Assembly (NCBI GenBank): GCA_043228905.1
Contig: JBHGNT010000001.1
Coordinates: forward strand, 19,158,001-19,222,000
Source: Azolla caroliniana
Taxonomy: Eukaryota; Plantae; Polypodiophyta
Direction: 5' to 3'
DNA length: 64,000 bases
Below, one piece after another: positions 37,001 through 49,678 of the stretch. Position numbers and translations under genes: made by a program. How positions within the stretch are numbered: position 1 is the first letter of the stretch; every line of letters starts with the position of its first letter. The notes below the pieces were generated by a model that made no database searches, had not been told where the DNA came from, and worked only from the letters and a program-made list of their open reading frames with translations.

Positions 37001-37558
37001 CCATCCTCCTCGACATAAGAGAGACACCATTCAAGTTCGGGGTAATCCTTATATTTCACCTCAACCGTTTTCTCCTCTTGCATACTACCTTTGTTGATTT
37101 TGGTAGTAGCCACAGATGACTTGGATCCTCCTTCCCCCGTTGAGTCAAATAAAATCTTTTTACTCGTGTCCTTGATGAAGGAGCCAGATTCTCGTTTTGT
37201 CAGAGATCGAATCTTCAATCTAAAAGAAGGAACTTTTTGTCTGGGTTCACTGAAATTAAAAACGTTGGTGAAAACATAGAAAAAACGTACAATTTTATCT
37301 AAATCACGCAAATTATCATTTAAATTACGTCAATTTTATGGTCCCATGCGATAGTTTTTTATCGCAAAAACAACATTTTTTTCAACCGCATCGGATTTTG
37401 GTTGAAGGTCCTGCCTTTCAGAATTGCTTTCCAAGTTCGTTGTACAAAATAAAATAAAATTTCTATGTGTTGAGGAAAGGAATCTTTAAGGAATCTTTAG
37501 GAATCTTAAAAAATGTAAAGAATATTACTAACCTGACGATTTTCTTTCCCTTGTTCAT
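34051..37558 (-). pseudogene. Six-exon gene: ParB/Srx-like domain fused to a beta-class N6A/N4C DNA methyltransferase (~960 aa; this copy damaged)
   Basis: Exons 37558-37533, 37249-35612, 35529-35391, 35322-~34865, 34780-34491, 34400-34051; four introns have phase-compatible GT-AG ends. Motifs YYVIGGSHSAEA, LLIADIPYG (DIPY 35053-35064), IKTN...E, NPYQKP, WVLDLFSGTG|TTTTCA...VALEKD. In-frame TGA at 36214; exon-4 donor missing. Confidence 0.85.
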
Positions 37559-37675
37559 GGTTCGTGCCGGAGGTAGTGTTGTCGACGATGTGCTTCTGAG
37601 TGCTCGAAAATTGGCCTGTGCTCTGAGCTCGATGGATTCTTTCACGTGATAATGAAAATGAAATTTCTAACCTCC

Positions 37676-37683
37676 TTATATAG
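37676..37683 (-). promoter_or_regulatory. TATA box upstream of the methyltransferase gene, within a ~300-bp divergent intergenic region
   Basis: CTATATAA about 120 nt upstream of ATG 37558. Confidence 0.5.
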
Positions 37684-39737
37684 AAGACTTTAGCATTCCT
37701 TTTAAAATAAAAAATAATTTTTAATTATTTGTTTTTTAGGAAAATTTCGGAAAATAATATAGTTAATCTAAGTGTTCGGGTAGTTATATAGTTAGGCTTT
37801 AGCATTCCTTAATTTTCTCAAAAGAAGGTTTTAGAATACAGTTAGACTCCCTCAAATGTTTTCTTCTACAAGTAGAACATCTCTTTTTTCTATTGCCCCC
37901 TTTTCATTGTCAGACAACTCGTATTTCTCAATAGAAGAGTACGACCACAAAAAACATTCGCGACTTAAATAGAAAAGTGTGGCTCCTAGTACTTCGAATT
38001 CTCTGTTTTCAATTGATCCTGTTGATGGCCCTCTTCATGCAAGCTTATAAGCGGACGATTCTTCGTCGATAGATAACAATAGCATTACTAAACCTCTAGC
38101 ATTTAAAAGAGTTCCTCGACAAGTTAGTGAAAAGAGATTTAATTTCTTATGTTCTGATCGTCAACTTCTATGCGACTTGAACAAATCGTGTTGTGCGAAT
38201 CTCTGTCTATCAACTTATGGAAAGTCAAGGTTACGTGAAACACGACAAAAATACTTGTCGCTTAATGGGGAAGAGCAAGATACATTTCTTCTTTCGCATA
38301 TGCAACTTAAATTGGATCACAAAGCAGGGCCTAATTCAACGCAAGTTAAATATTTCCTTGGATTAAATACCAAGTGTTGTCGAGCAGCTTTTAAAATCAC
38401 TCATAACATTGGAAATATGCGGCTGCAACGAGTTCAAGAGCGACTTCTGAAGGGCTCCTGGGTACAGTTCGATCAAAATGGTTTTGGATCTAAGGGTCAA
38501 ATTGGGCAACAAGCAATTAGGTGGATGGAGGTATATTTTTCAAAACAGTGCGAAGTTATGCCAATGACAGGAAGACTTCATTTGTCAAATAACTTTACTC
38601 GAAGGGAAGTTTACCAATCGTACAAGGACGACATGTCTTCCGATGTTGAGCCTTACATACAGTACAGGCATTTTAATCGACTATGGAGGTTACAATTTAA
38701 TAACGTGGTTATCCCACGAAAGGTGCGAATGGGAGTCTGCTCAATATGTGCGAGTTTAAAAAGTATGACCAAGGGTGGAAAATCAGATGTAGAGATCAAG
38801 AATTACAAGAACCTGTTAAAAGAACATCGTGAAAGTCAGGCATTGGAACGTACTAAGGCTATGCATCACCGACAAAAAGCGTTTCAATCTCCCGAAAAGT
38901 ATATGTGCATGATTATTGATGGCATGGATCAAAAGAAAACTTGTTTGCCGCATTTTCAAAGACTCCCCAAGGATATTGGAGATGAGTGTCTCGTGCAAAT
39001 GCATCTAGTGGGTTGTTTGACATATTGTCAAACTATAAGACCCAATATCCACAACGACCCAAATCTTACTGTCACCGTCATGCACAGGGTATTGCAATCA
39101 TGGTCAGGTATACTCCCGCTAGTTCTATATGTGCAACTAGACAACACAACAAGAGAGAATAAGAACTCAACTGTCTTCGGCTATCTAAGCATGCTAGTAG
39201 AGAGGGGCATATTTAAAAAGATAAAGGTTAACTTCTTGTTGGTTGGTCATACCCATGATCACATAGATCAAATGTTCAGTAGGTTCTCAAAGAAACTTGC
39301 TCGCTGTAATGCTTTCACACTTCCCACGCTATCCAAATTGATTAGTGAAGCATATACACCAAAGCCTGAAGTACAACACTTGGAAGAAGTATACGACTTT
39401 AAACGTTTCTGCATGGATAGTGACGGGACTAAAGGTAGGGTGCTTGCACCTCTTAATAATATAAGTTTCAACCATGTCTTCCTCATAAAACAAAGATCGG
39501 CCCACCTGAAGATGACGACGTTGTTTGCGAAACAATACTCATCTAGTGCACAATGGGAGCCCCAAGAAGGTTGTAGGCTCCTTCTTCATATCCCAGATGA
39601 ACCTCTACATGGTGCACAACAAATGCCATATGATGATCGTAAAAATGTAGCACCAAATAGTACTATTGATGAACAAAGGGCATATTGGTTGAGATGTCTA
39701 GCAGAGAAACAAAATAATATTGATCGGACTAAGAAGT

Positions 39738-42700
39738 TGTTGGGAATCGACGCTTCGATTCACCTTCACCACTCGGCCACAACCAAGTAATCGCGAATCA
39801 ATGCAGCAGAAAATAGGAACCACAGAGAGAAACACACGAATACACAGGGATTAACGTGGAAAACCCTAGATGGGAAAAACCACGGGAGTACAAGACTCCA
39901 AACCAACACTATACAAAGAGAAGTATACAATGGCGAGCTGCAAGGCGACGACCTTGAGCTCGCTGTCCTCGCCACAGGCGGCGGAAATACACAGAGGCGT
40001 CGTCCTCTTCCTCTCTCACGCTCTATCTCTCTCTCTCTCTCTCACGGCTGCTCCCTCTTCACTCCTCTTGAGTGGAAAAACAGAAAAATGATCAGCCACA
40101 CTAAAACAGTTTGCCCTAAGTCATATTTATACATATATGACTTTGGGGCTATTTACAACTATAGCCTCAGGGGCCCATAGCAAACATATTCACGGATATG
40201 TCCCTGCATCCGGATCGCTCTCCGGGTACATTCGTCATCCGGCTCCGAAGCCGGGGTCTTCATCATCCGGTTCCGAAACCGAAACCGGGCTCGTCGGCAT
40301 TCATCTCCGACATCCGACCATCCCATCCGAAGGGACCGTAATCCCAACAAACTCCCCCTTCACTTCGGCATGGGATGTCTTTCCAATCCGATCCTCTTCC
40401 GGCATGCTTCCAGCTTGTCGGGTGTGAGCACCTTGGTCAGCATATCCGACCCGTTCTCGTCCGTGTGGATCTTTGTCAGCACGAACTCCTTGTCTTCTAT
40501 CCTTTCCCGGATCCAGTGATATCTTCGCTGGATGTGCTTCGTCCGGGAGTGATAGGCCGCGTTCTTCGCAAGGTGGATTGCACTCTGACTGTCGCAGTAG
40601 AGTCGGTACTCCTCCTGCCGGATACCGAGCTCTCTAATGAAGTCCTTCATCCATATTATTTCCTTGCCGGCTTCAACAGCTGCTATGTACTCCGCCTCCG
40701 TGGTTGACAACGCAACCGTCTTCTGCAGCCTCGACTGCCACGAAACGGCTCCCCCTGCATACGTCATCACATACCCTGATGTGGACTGGCTGGTATCTGC
40801 ATCAGCCGACATATCCGAATCGGTGAAGCCGTCGAGTTCGGGCTTACCGGAGCCGAATCGGAGGCACACGTTTGCCGTGCCTTTCAGGTATCGGAGTATC
40901 CACTTGGCCGCGTTCCAATGCTCTTTGCCGGGATTGCTCATGTACCGGCTCACCACTCCGACTGCATATCCTATGTCCGGTCTCGTACACACCATGGCGT
41001 ACATCAAGCTCCCGACGGCTGAGGCATACGGCACTTTCATCATATCCTCCTTTTCAGCCTTTGTCTTGGGACTTTGCTTGCTGGACAGCTTGCAGTTTGC
41101 CGGGAGGGTCGATCCGACCGGTCTTGCTTCCGACATGTTGAACCGGTGAAGCACCTTCGTCACGTACTTCTCCTGTGACAACCACAACTGCTTCTTCTTC
41201 CGGTCCCGGATGATGTGTATCCCTAGTATTTGCCTCGCCGGACCCAGGTCCTTCATTGAGAAGGTTCGGTGAAGAGCCTTCTTCAGCATCCGTATCTTGA
41301 CCTGGTCCCGTCCGACGATCAACATGTCGTCCACGTACAGGAGGAGTATTAGAAAGTCTCCTCCTTCGAACTTCTTCACAAACAGGCAGTGGTCGGACTG
41401 CGTTTTGAGGTACCCTTCGTCGGTCATGAAGGAGTCGAACTTCCGGTACCATTGCCGGGGAGCCTGCTTCAGTCCGTAAAGGCTCTTCTTCAACCGGCAT
41501 ACCAGGTGCTCATTCCCTTTCTTCTCGAATCCTTCCGGTTGCTGCATGTAGATCTCTTCATCGAGGTCACCGTGAAGGAATGCCGTCTTCACGTCCATCT
41601 GTTCTACCTCGAGGTCCATGCTTGCCGCTATGCTCAGCACCGTCCGGATGGAGGTCATCTTCACTACCGGGGCAAATATCTCGTCGAAGTCGACGCCCTT
41701 CTTCTGCTGAAACCCCTTCACCACGATCCTGGCTTTGTATCTCGGGGGGTTTCCGGCATCTCCCGGTTTCAGCTTGAACACCCACTTGTTTCGAAGTGCC
41801 CGCTTTCCTTTCGGCAACTCCACAAGTTCATATGTGTGGTTCTCATGCAGGGAATCCATCTCGTCCTGCATGGCACTCAACCACCTGCGGCTCTGGGTGT
41901 CATGTTTTGCTTCTTCAAAGCTCTCTGGCTCCCCCTCGTCGGTTAGCAGCACGTGCTCTGGTTCCGGAAATCTCCGGGGGGCCCTTCTCTCTCTTAGAGG
42001 ATATCTCCGTTCCGGAGCTTCGGTAACCGGTTCTTCCGATTCTTCTTCATCCGAATCCATTTCGGGATCGGGGCCGGTTCCGGTATCATTTTCATCTTCT
42101 TCGGCCGGTTCTGTTTCTTCACCGTCTTCGGCCGGATCCTCGAGTGCTAACCGGTCCCTTGCCGGTCGGGACTGCTCCTCGTAGAGTTGATCCTCACCGG
42201 TCGACTTGGAGCTCTTCATCTTCTTCTCCGATTCCCAGTCGGCGAGTGTCTTGTCCTCCATGAAGATGATGTCTCGACTCCTGAATATCTTCTGGTCGAC
42301 CGGGTCCCATACTCAGTAGCCGAACTCGTCGTCGCCGTAACCGAGGAATATGCATGGCCGGGTCTTTGGATCTAGCTTTCCTCTCCGGTCCTTTGCCACA
42401 TGCACGTATGCGAGACACCCGAACACCTTCAGATGCCGGTAGGACACTTCCTTACCGGTCCACACTTTCTGCGGCGTGTCTCCGTCCAAAGGTACTGAGG
42501 GTGATCTGTTTATCACGTATGTCGCCGTCGACATTGCCTCAGCCCAAAACCCCTTGGGTAATTTCGCATGCGCCAGCATACTCCGGACCCTCTCCATTAT
42601 GGTCCGGTTCATCCTCTCGGCCAGCCCGTTTAGTTCCGGCGTCTTCGGCACAGTAAACTCGAGCCGGATTCCCTTCGAGCGACAGTACTCCTGGAACTGC

Positions 42701-45071
42701 CCCCGGTATTCCCCTCCGTTATCCGCTCGTATCGCTTTCAGCTTCTTGCCGGATTCCCTTTCCACTCTCGCGTGGAGTTCTTTGAAGACGCACAACACTT
42801 GGTCCTTTGTCTTCAGCGGTGCTGTCCACAGCTTCCGGCTGTGATCATCAATGAATGTTACGAAGTACTGGGCTCCGCCATGTGACTTCGTTTCTACCTG
42901 ACACACATCAGTGTGCACCAACTCCAATGGTGCGCTACGTCTCGTCGGTGGCCTTGAGTGGAAGGAGGTTCGGTTCTGCTTACCGGCCAGGCAATCGGTG
43001 CACTTCTCCAGGTGCACATGCTTCACTGGAATAAGGTTGTCTTCTGCAAGCCTCTTCATCCCCTTCTCACTCATGTGACACAGTCTTTTGTGCCACAGCT
43101 CACCGGCAGTGTCGGCTGCCACATTCAGCTCTTCAGGACATAACCGGGCATTCATCAGGTACAGTGTGTTGTCTTTCCGGGCCCGAGCCACTATCAGGCT
43201 CCCCTTGCTGAACTTCATTACGCCGTTCCGGATGCTACCTGTGTAGCCTTCATCGTCTAGCCTCCCGGCCGAAATCAGGTTCAATCGAACCTCCGGAACG
43301 TGTCGGACATCCTTCAGCAGCATTTTGCATCCGGTCGGGGTTGTCAACCACACGTCTCCTATGCCGGCAATCCGGCACGTACCTTCATTTCCCATCCGAA
43401 CACAGCCATGCTCACCGGCTGTGTAGGATGAGAAGTATCTTCTCTCCGGGGTCAGGTGGAACGATGCTCCGGAATCGACCACCCAGGTCGTCTCATCGCC
43501 GGCAATGTTTAGTTCACCTTCTTCGGTGATGAGCATGATTTCTTCCTCACTTGCCGCGAGTGCCGTTGTTCCTTTCCGGTCCTGCCCTCGCCGATCCGAA
43601 CCTCTCCGGTCCGTGGCTCCCCGGTATGCACCGTTTCTCTCCGGTGACTTCTTCGAATCGGTGTCGTCGGCTCCGTTGTCTTTTCGGTAATGCCGACAAT
43701 TCTTTCGGAAGTGCCCCGGCTTCCCACAGTGGAAGCATGTGGGCCTTCCTCTTGACTGCGACCGGGTCCCCGACTTCTCCCGTCTTTGAGGACTCCGGTT
43801 CCATTGTCTTCCCCGATCCGATTCGGTAAGCAGCGCCTTCGAGTCGGAGGCCGGTTCTTTATCTCTCCGACGCGCTTCTTCGTTCAAAATACTTGTCTTT
43901 ACCGTTTGTAAGGACAAGTTATCTTCGGTGCAGGAGGTGCTGAGAGTCACCACCAAGTTCTCCCAGCTTTCCGGCAATGTACACATCAGGATGATGGCTT
44001 GCATTGCATCCTCCAACGGGAACTTGATCGCCGCAAGCTGATTCACGAATCCCATGAACGTGCTTACGTGTTCCACCATACTCTCGCCGTCCCGGTACTT
44101 GAGATTCACTATCTTCCTCATCAGGGAGGTCCGGTTCAACGCATTCTTCCTCTCATAGAGGCCCGACAGCTTCCGCCACATCTCATATGCGTTGGTGTCG
44201 TTCGCCACATGTTGTAGAACGCTCACGTCGACGTATTGCCGAATGGTTGCAACGGCTTTCCGGTTCAGAAGCCTCCATTCCGACTCAAGTACCCCCTTCG
44301 GTATTTCCGACCTGTCAATCGGTTCGTACAGGTCCCGAACAATCAGAAGATCCTCCATCTTGATCTTCCAGTCGGCGTAATTCTGTGCATTCAGCACCAT
44401 CATCCCCGGCTGCCCGCTGCCGCCGCCTTCCATTTTCTGCAGCAGCTCGCTCTGATACCAGTTTGTTGGGAATCGACGCTTCGATTCACCTTCACCACTC
44501 GGCCACAACCATGTAATCGCGAATCAATGCAGCAGAAAATAGGAACCACAGAGAGAAACGCACGAATACACAGGGATTAACGTGGAAAACCCTAGATGGG
44601 AAAAACCACGGGAGTACAAGACTCCAAACCAACACTATACAAAGAGAAGTATACAATGGCGAGCTGGCGACGACCTTGAGCTCGCTGTCCTCGCCACAGG
44701 CGGCGGAAATACACAGAGGCGTCGTCCTCTTCCTCTCTCACGCTCTATCTCTCTCTCTCTCTCTCACGGCTGCTCCCTCTTCACTCCTCTTGAGTGGAAA
44801 AACAGAAAAATGATCAGCCACACTAAAACAGTTTGCCCTAAGTCATATTTATACATATATGACTTTGGGGCTATTTACAACTATAGCCTCAGGGGCCCAT
44901 AGCAAACATATTCACGGATATGTCCCTGCATCCGGATCGCTCTCCGGGTACATTCGTCATCCGGCTCCGAAGCCGGGGTCTTCATCATCCGGTTCCGAAA
45001 CCGAAACCGGGCTCGTCGGCATTCATCTCCGATATCCGACCATCCCATCCGAAGGGACCGTAATCCCAACA
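39738..45071 (-). mobile_element. Young Tnt1-like Copia (Copia 2), sister subfamily of Copia 1
   Basis: LTRs 39738-40349 and 44464-45071; exact GAAGT TSD; iMet PBS at 44449-44460; PPT next to 40350. Confidence 0.97.
40360..44433 (-). pseudogene. Copia 2 gag-pol with a single nonsense codon
   Basis: Near-identical to the Copia 1 protein; TGA at 42313-42315 where Copia 1 has CGA. Confidence 0.93.
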
Positions 45072-46136
45072 GAAGTATGCCGGTGATGAGGATGTTGAAT
45101 GGTGGGAGATTTTCTTCACCCATCAACGCACCATTTTAGATAATTACATCGCCGGTTTATGGCCAATCCGTATCCCATTCACATGGAACATTGGGATGAC
45201 ATCAACGATATCGCAGACTCATCACCAACAATCGAATAATATGGAGCTTCATGATTTAGTTCGGCCACTGCAAAGAGATATTTATGTGGGACCAAGAAAG
45301 TCACGTACTGTTGAGGCAAGATGGCAAGGTAATTTGCAAGAACTACAAGTGGGAATGTTGGTTGCAACATTAGCAGGAGACGATACCTTGGGCCATCCAT
45401 TTTGGATTGCAAAAATTATTGAATTAGTAAGGGATGAAGAAAGTAGTTAGACAAAGTCAATAGTAGTCCACTAGTATCAGACAAATTCACCTGATGCATT
45501 TACAGGAAAGTATTCTTTAGAGATGGTTAAGGATGTCGGATGTTCAAGCAAAAAGAGAAGAAGAAAGAATATACCGAGCACGGCTACTCTCGCACTAGAC
45601 CGTGTTGACATACTAGTATATGACTTCTCATTGACAAAATTAGGTCATCTAAGACAAGCAACTATCAAGATAATAAAGGAGAAAATCCCAAACATGGTGT
45701 CAAACGAAATACAGAGAATAACCAGAAGCAATTCTCATAACCACAAAGATGTTGGGTTGGAATTGGATGAGGATAATGCTTTGATTGCCACTGATGATGA
45801 GGATGAGACGTCAGAATGCTCTTCTAGTCCATCAGACATGTCTTAATATATTGGTTTGGTTCAAGCTGGGGATTGTTTTACTACATGATCGGAAACTTTG
45901 TAAATTTGTTTTGGATGTAAACTCACGAATATGTATAATTGTAACTAGTAGACATGTTGTACATTATTTTGTAATTTTGGTGATGTATTTTTGGAGGCAT
46001 TTTACTTATGCCTCAAAGTGGTAGTCATGTTAAAACTCAATATATTTTGCCACCTTTTCTGAAAAGCTTTACGCATGCGTCCTGTCTTTTTGAAAACTAC
46101 GTGCTTTTGTGCCCTTTTTCGACGTAGTGTTCTCAT

Positions 46137-46173
46137 AATGCGACATATTACCTGTTTCAAATGACCCGGTGTT
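46137..46173 (-). repeat. Right TIR
   Basis: Reverse complement reads AACACCGGGTCATTTGAAACAGGTAATATGTCGCATT. Confidence 0.92.
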
Positions 46174-46746
46174 CGATGCTAAAGAGGAGCTTAAAATGTA
46201 GCGAAAACTGAGGCAAACGGTGATCAAGGAAGAAGAGACCTCTCAACAAATGCGGAGTAATGATACGACCAATACGAAGGCCCAAGTTCGGTATGATAGT
46301 ACCATGGGAGAAGGTGTGGAACAAGCCACCTTCTCAACTTATGAAGGAACGATGCTCAAGAGAAGGGCCGAAGACTCAAGAGTGGGAAATGCTGCTTTGA
46401 GAGTGGACAAGCATTTTGGAACACATGTTGTGTCCAAAACATCAAGTGATGAAGAAGCAATCATGAGAAAAGCTTTCGTGATCGAGGAAGACAATGGGTA
46501 CGAGGCCCATGAGTCTGAAGAGATAATCGTGGAGAATAACGTTGAGGTGAAGAGGGTAGAAGGCGACCATGAAGAGACTTTCCCCACAATGGTTCTAGAG
46601 ACTTGGCCATTAACCAATGTAAGACCCAAGAGACAGAAGGTGATGGCGAGGAAGCAAAGGTTAAAGCCGATACAAACAGCCTCAAGGTGGAAGCGGCTAA
46701 GGGTAGCATGACAAAGCTAGACTACGAAAACGTATGGATCCCTCCA

Positions 46747-47592
46747 CATGGGTGTTTACGTACCTGTATTTAACGTTTAAATACGTATAGTACCTCATCA
46801 CTTGTATAGTACGTACTATACCTCAATGTTCTTCAGTCAAATATCATATACATTTGTCCAATACAGTATTTAACGTACATTTGAAAAAACAGGTATAATA
46901 CGTATTTATAAAAAAATGTAAGTAAAACCCCAACAAAAAGGAGAAAAAAAAAAAGATTTTATTGATAAAGAAGCAAAAAGAAGGAAGAAAGAAGAACAAA
47001 AGAGATGAGAACAACGACGACGAAGAAGAAGAAGAAGAAGAAGAAAAAGAAAACGAAAAAGAGAGAAAAGAAGACAAAAACCTATCTTGACTCTGACCGT
47101 GATAATCACAGAAGATAGAAGAAGAAGATGAAGAAGAAGAGAGAAACTTCTCTTGTGTGTGATAATCGTAGACGATTCCTCAATCTATGAAGGCATAATT
47201 GTAAATAATTACAATTTGAAATAGAACATCGTGATACACACTTACACTGATTTATAGAATAAGTGAATGTCGACATACATATCATAAGTATTTTAGGATG
47301 TGAAATGTTCAAATGTCTTATATGCATTTTAGGATGTAGAACTATAATGTACATCACAAAATTGTGTAAACATAGATGCTTTTTACAATATTACAAATAT
47401 TTTTTAGAAAGGTAAATAATTTTCAAATTCTAGAAGTATTTAACGTACTATACGTAAAATACGTATTTTATAGGTATTTAACATATTAAAATACGTATTT
47501 TACGTATTTTTAAATTGGGAGGTACTATACGCATATTAATACGTTATATACGTATGGTATCCGTATTGTATCTAACGTACCTAACAACCTTG
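46747..47592. mobile_element. AT-rich MITE-like insertion
   Basis: Imperfect TIRs CATGGGTGTT / AACAACCTTG, CTCCA duplication, subterminal TACGTA-rich repeats; empty paralog near 55214-55235. Confidence 0.6.
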
Positions 47593-49049
47593 CTCCACAC
47601 TCGTTCGAGAGACATTGTCATTAACCAATGTAAGACCCAACAGAAGGCCAGTGGCGACAAAGAAGCAAGCGCCAAAGCTGATGCTTGCGACAGAGAGATA
47701 GCCAAGGAGATGGCTATGGACAACATGACAAAGGCAAAATCCAATAAAGATGAGAATTCCTTAACACATGTTCCGAGACTTCGGTAATTGTGCCAGAGAG
47801 CCAACATAACACTGGAGAGATGGAAGGTGGCGGCGAGGAAGCAAAGGTCAAAGCTAGTACATATGATGAAGAGGTCAAACAAAGCACAATAGTGCACAAC
47901 GATGGCCAAACGAACGAAGTGAATTCGAAGGACGTTCCTTGGGATTTGATCACAATATCTAACTCGAAAGAGGACACCATTACAAAGATCGAACCATCAA
48001 TGGAAAACTCTCACATGAGAGCATACCCTGAGAAAAGAAAGTGGAAAACATGCAATCTGGTCGTCTAAGGGTCTTAATGTGAGCATGTACTTAAAGCATG
48101 GGCTACAAGGAATAATCAAAGTCGATGTTCGGATGAGGCCTAACAAAGACAAGCTTGGATTGACGAAAGAAGGAAGATTGAAGTGTATTGTCCATGAAGA
48201 TGGTGCATGAAGGGTTATGCTTGGGGAAGGCGAAAGAGGCTACAACAACCGATCGTGGCAATGCAAAGCTCAGACGAAGGATTTGGTGGTTTGGATGGTC
48301 TCCATGGCTATGGTGGAAAGAATGGTCGTGGTGGCATTGGAAGAGATCTAAGGAGCCAATGAGCTGGTTAAAGGTCAATCTCCATCATAGATAGTTAGGT
48401 TATGAAGAAAGGAAAGTATTTGGACAAGGATTAACTAGGCGAATGTAACTTGGTACCACACTTGGCACATACCGGTGGATGTGCAGGTTTGGTGGGGGTG
48501 AATGTCGTGTGGTTCTTCACACACGATATGAAAAATAATGATATATTTTTTATATTAGCTTAATGGCTTGGTATGAAAAGATAGACATCTTCAAGAGCAT
48601 CCGAACGCATTTTACTACATATAAAATGGATAACTATATATTAAGTTATGTAAGTATGAAACATGAGAGGATAAGGGAATACTAGAACTTTAAGATATCC
48701 CACATAGATAGGAAACTTTCAGATCGAGCACTATATGACAAGATCGAGACCCATTAGTTTATATCTATGTGTTAGGAGCATAGAAGGAATAGTTAGGATT
48801 GGGCCAAACTATCTGGATAGACTGATGTGGCCAAATTCCCTATAGGGATGGATGAGGTTGTACAACTTGTAATTATTTTGACTAGACGGACCGATGGGTG
48901 TTCGGATGCAAATCGGATGACCGGTACGCCAGATCAGATCGGGTCGGATGGTGCATGAGCCGTAACTGAACATGGAGGCCATGCACAACTAAAGTAAACT
49001 TTATGAGGGACTAAAGTAAAGGTCATGTGGATGCATGCAATGGTAACGG

Positions 49050-49450
49050 GAGATGCAAACTGGAGTTCCTCATGCAAGTGTATCTTTGTGTGGTAACTGG
49101 AGATGCAAACTAGAGTTCCTCATGCAAGTGTATCTTCGTGTGGTAAATGGAGATTGAAACTAGAGTTCCTTCATGCAAGTGCAAGAAGGGAGGAGAAAAG
49201 CTATCTCTCGATAATCCATAGATTCTAATGGTCCTTAGGGGATCGAAGCCATCTTTTGGAATAAACCCTAATTTTCTTATCGAAGCCATCTTTCAGAAAA
49301 AAAAACCCTAATTTTCCTATTGAAGCCATTTTTCGGAAAAGAAAAACCTAATTTTCTTATCGAAGCCATCTTTCGAAAAAAAAACTATAATTTTCCTTAC
49401 AGAAACCATATCTCTTAAAAACCCTAATTTTCTTTATGGAAGCAATATCT
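49050..49450. repeat. Two tandem arrays inside the D LTR (~49-bp x3; ~40-bp x5)
   Basis: GAGATGCAAACTGGAGTTCCTCATGCAAGTG... and TCGAAGCCATCTTT...AAACCCTAATTTTC units. Confidence 0.8.
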
Positions 49451-49678
49451 CTCAAAATTTTTAATTTATCTTTTCTATTAATCTCAGTAAGCCTAAAATT
49501 TCTAAATCCCAATCTTCGGACATATTGTAATTTTCTTTTCCTTTGTTAATGAAAAATTACTAAATTTTCTCATTTCCATTAATTGTTAAAAGTATAAACG
49601 CACGAATCTGATATCCTCTAGTCGGAGGCCCCGGGGTCCTGCCTCAAGTTCACGTATCCTCGTCGTATTTTCGCGACA

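Larger units (their letters stand above)
37856..45846 (+). pseudogene. Sola-like DDD transposase with BAH-like C-terminal module, split by Copia 2
   Basis: Cys-rich N-terminal part (CCANLC, CSIC), IIDGMDQKK, QLDN...ENKN, FLLVGHTHDHIDQMFS; frame resumes at 45077 after removing the Copia and one TSD (RTKK|YAGDEDVEWW); in-frame ATG at 37856; nonsense codons near 37970, 38048, 45448 and 45472. Confidence 0.82.
33288..46173 (+). mobile_element. TIR DNA transposon (Sola-like) carrying a ParB-DNA methyltransferase gene
   Basis: 37-bp TIRs (35/37 identical), 4-bp TSD CGAT (33284-33287 / 46174-46177); rejoined flanks match the empty paralog near 54580-54720. Confidence 0.9.
33155..49678 (+). mobile_element. 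LTR element D: purine-rich degenerate internal repeats and 3' LTR (48503-49678); host of the DNA transposon and the MITE
   Basis: Internal pieces 33155-33287 and 46178-48502 align with the paralog at 54405-56141; GGTGGGGGTGAA precedes an LTR with TGTCG...CGACA ends; no RT or IN motifs seen. Confidence 0.65.

Noticed and set aside
34051-37558. Bacterial contamination or a restriction-modification system
   Set aside because: Phase-consistent spliceosomal introns, enclosure within TIRs and TSD inside plant retroelements, and no cognate nuclease seen.
39738-39790. C-terminus of the 537-aa ORF as listed in the track
   Set aside because: The last ~17 residues derive from the Copia LTR; the true frame continues at 45077.
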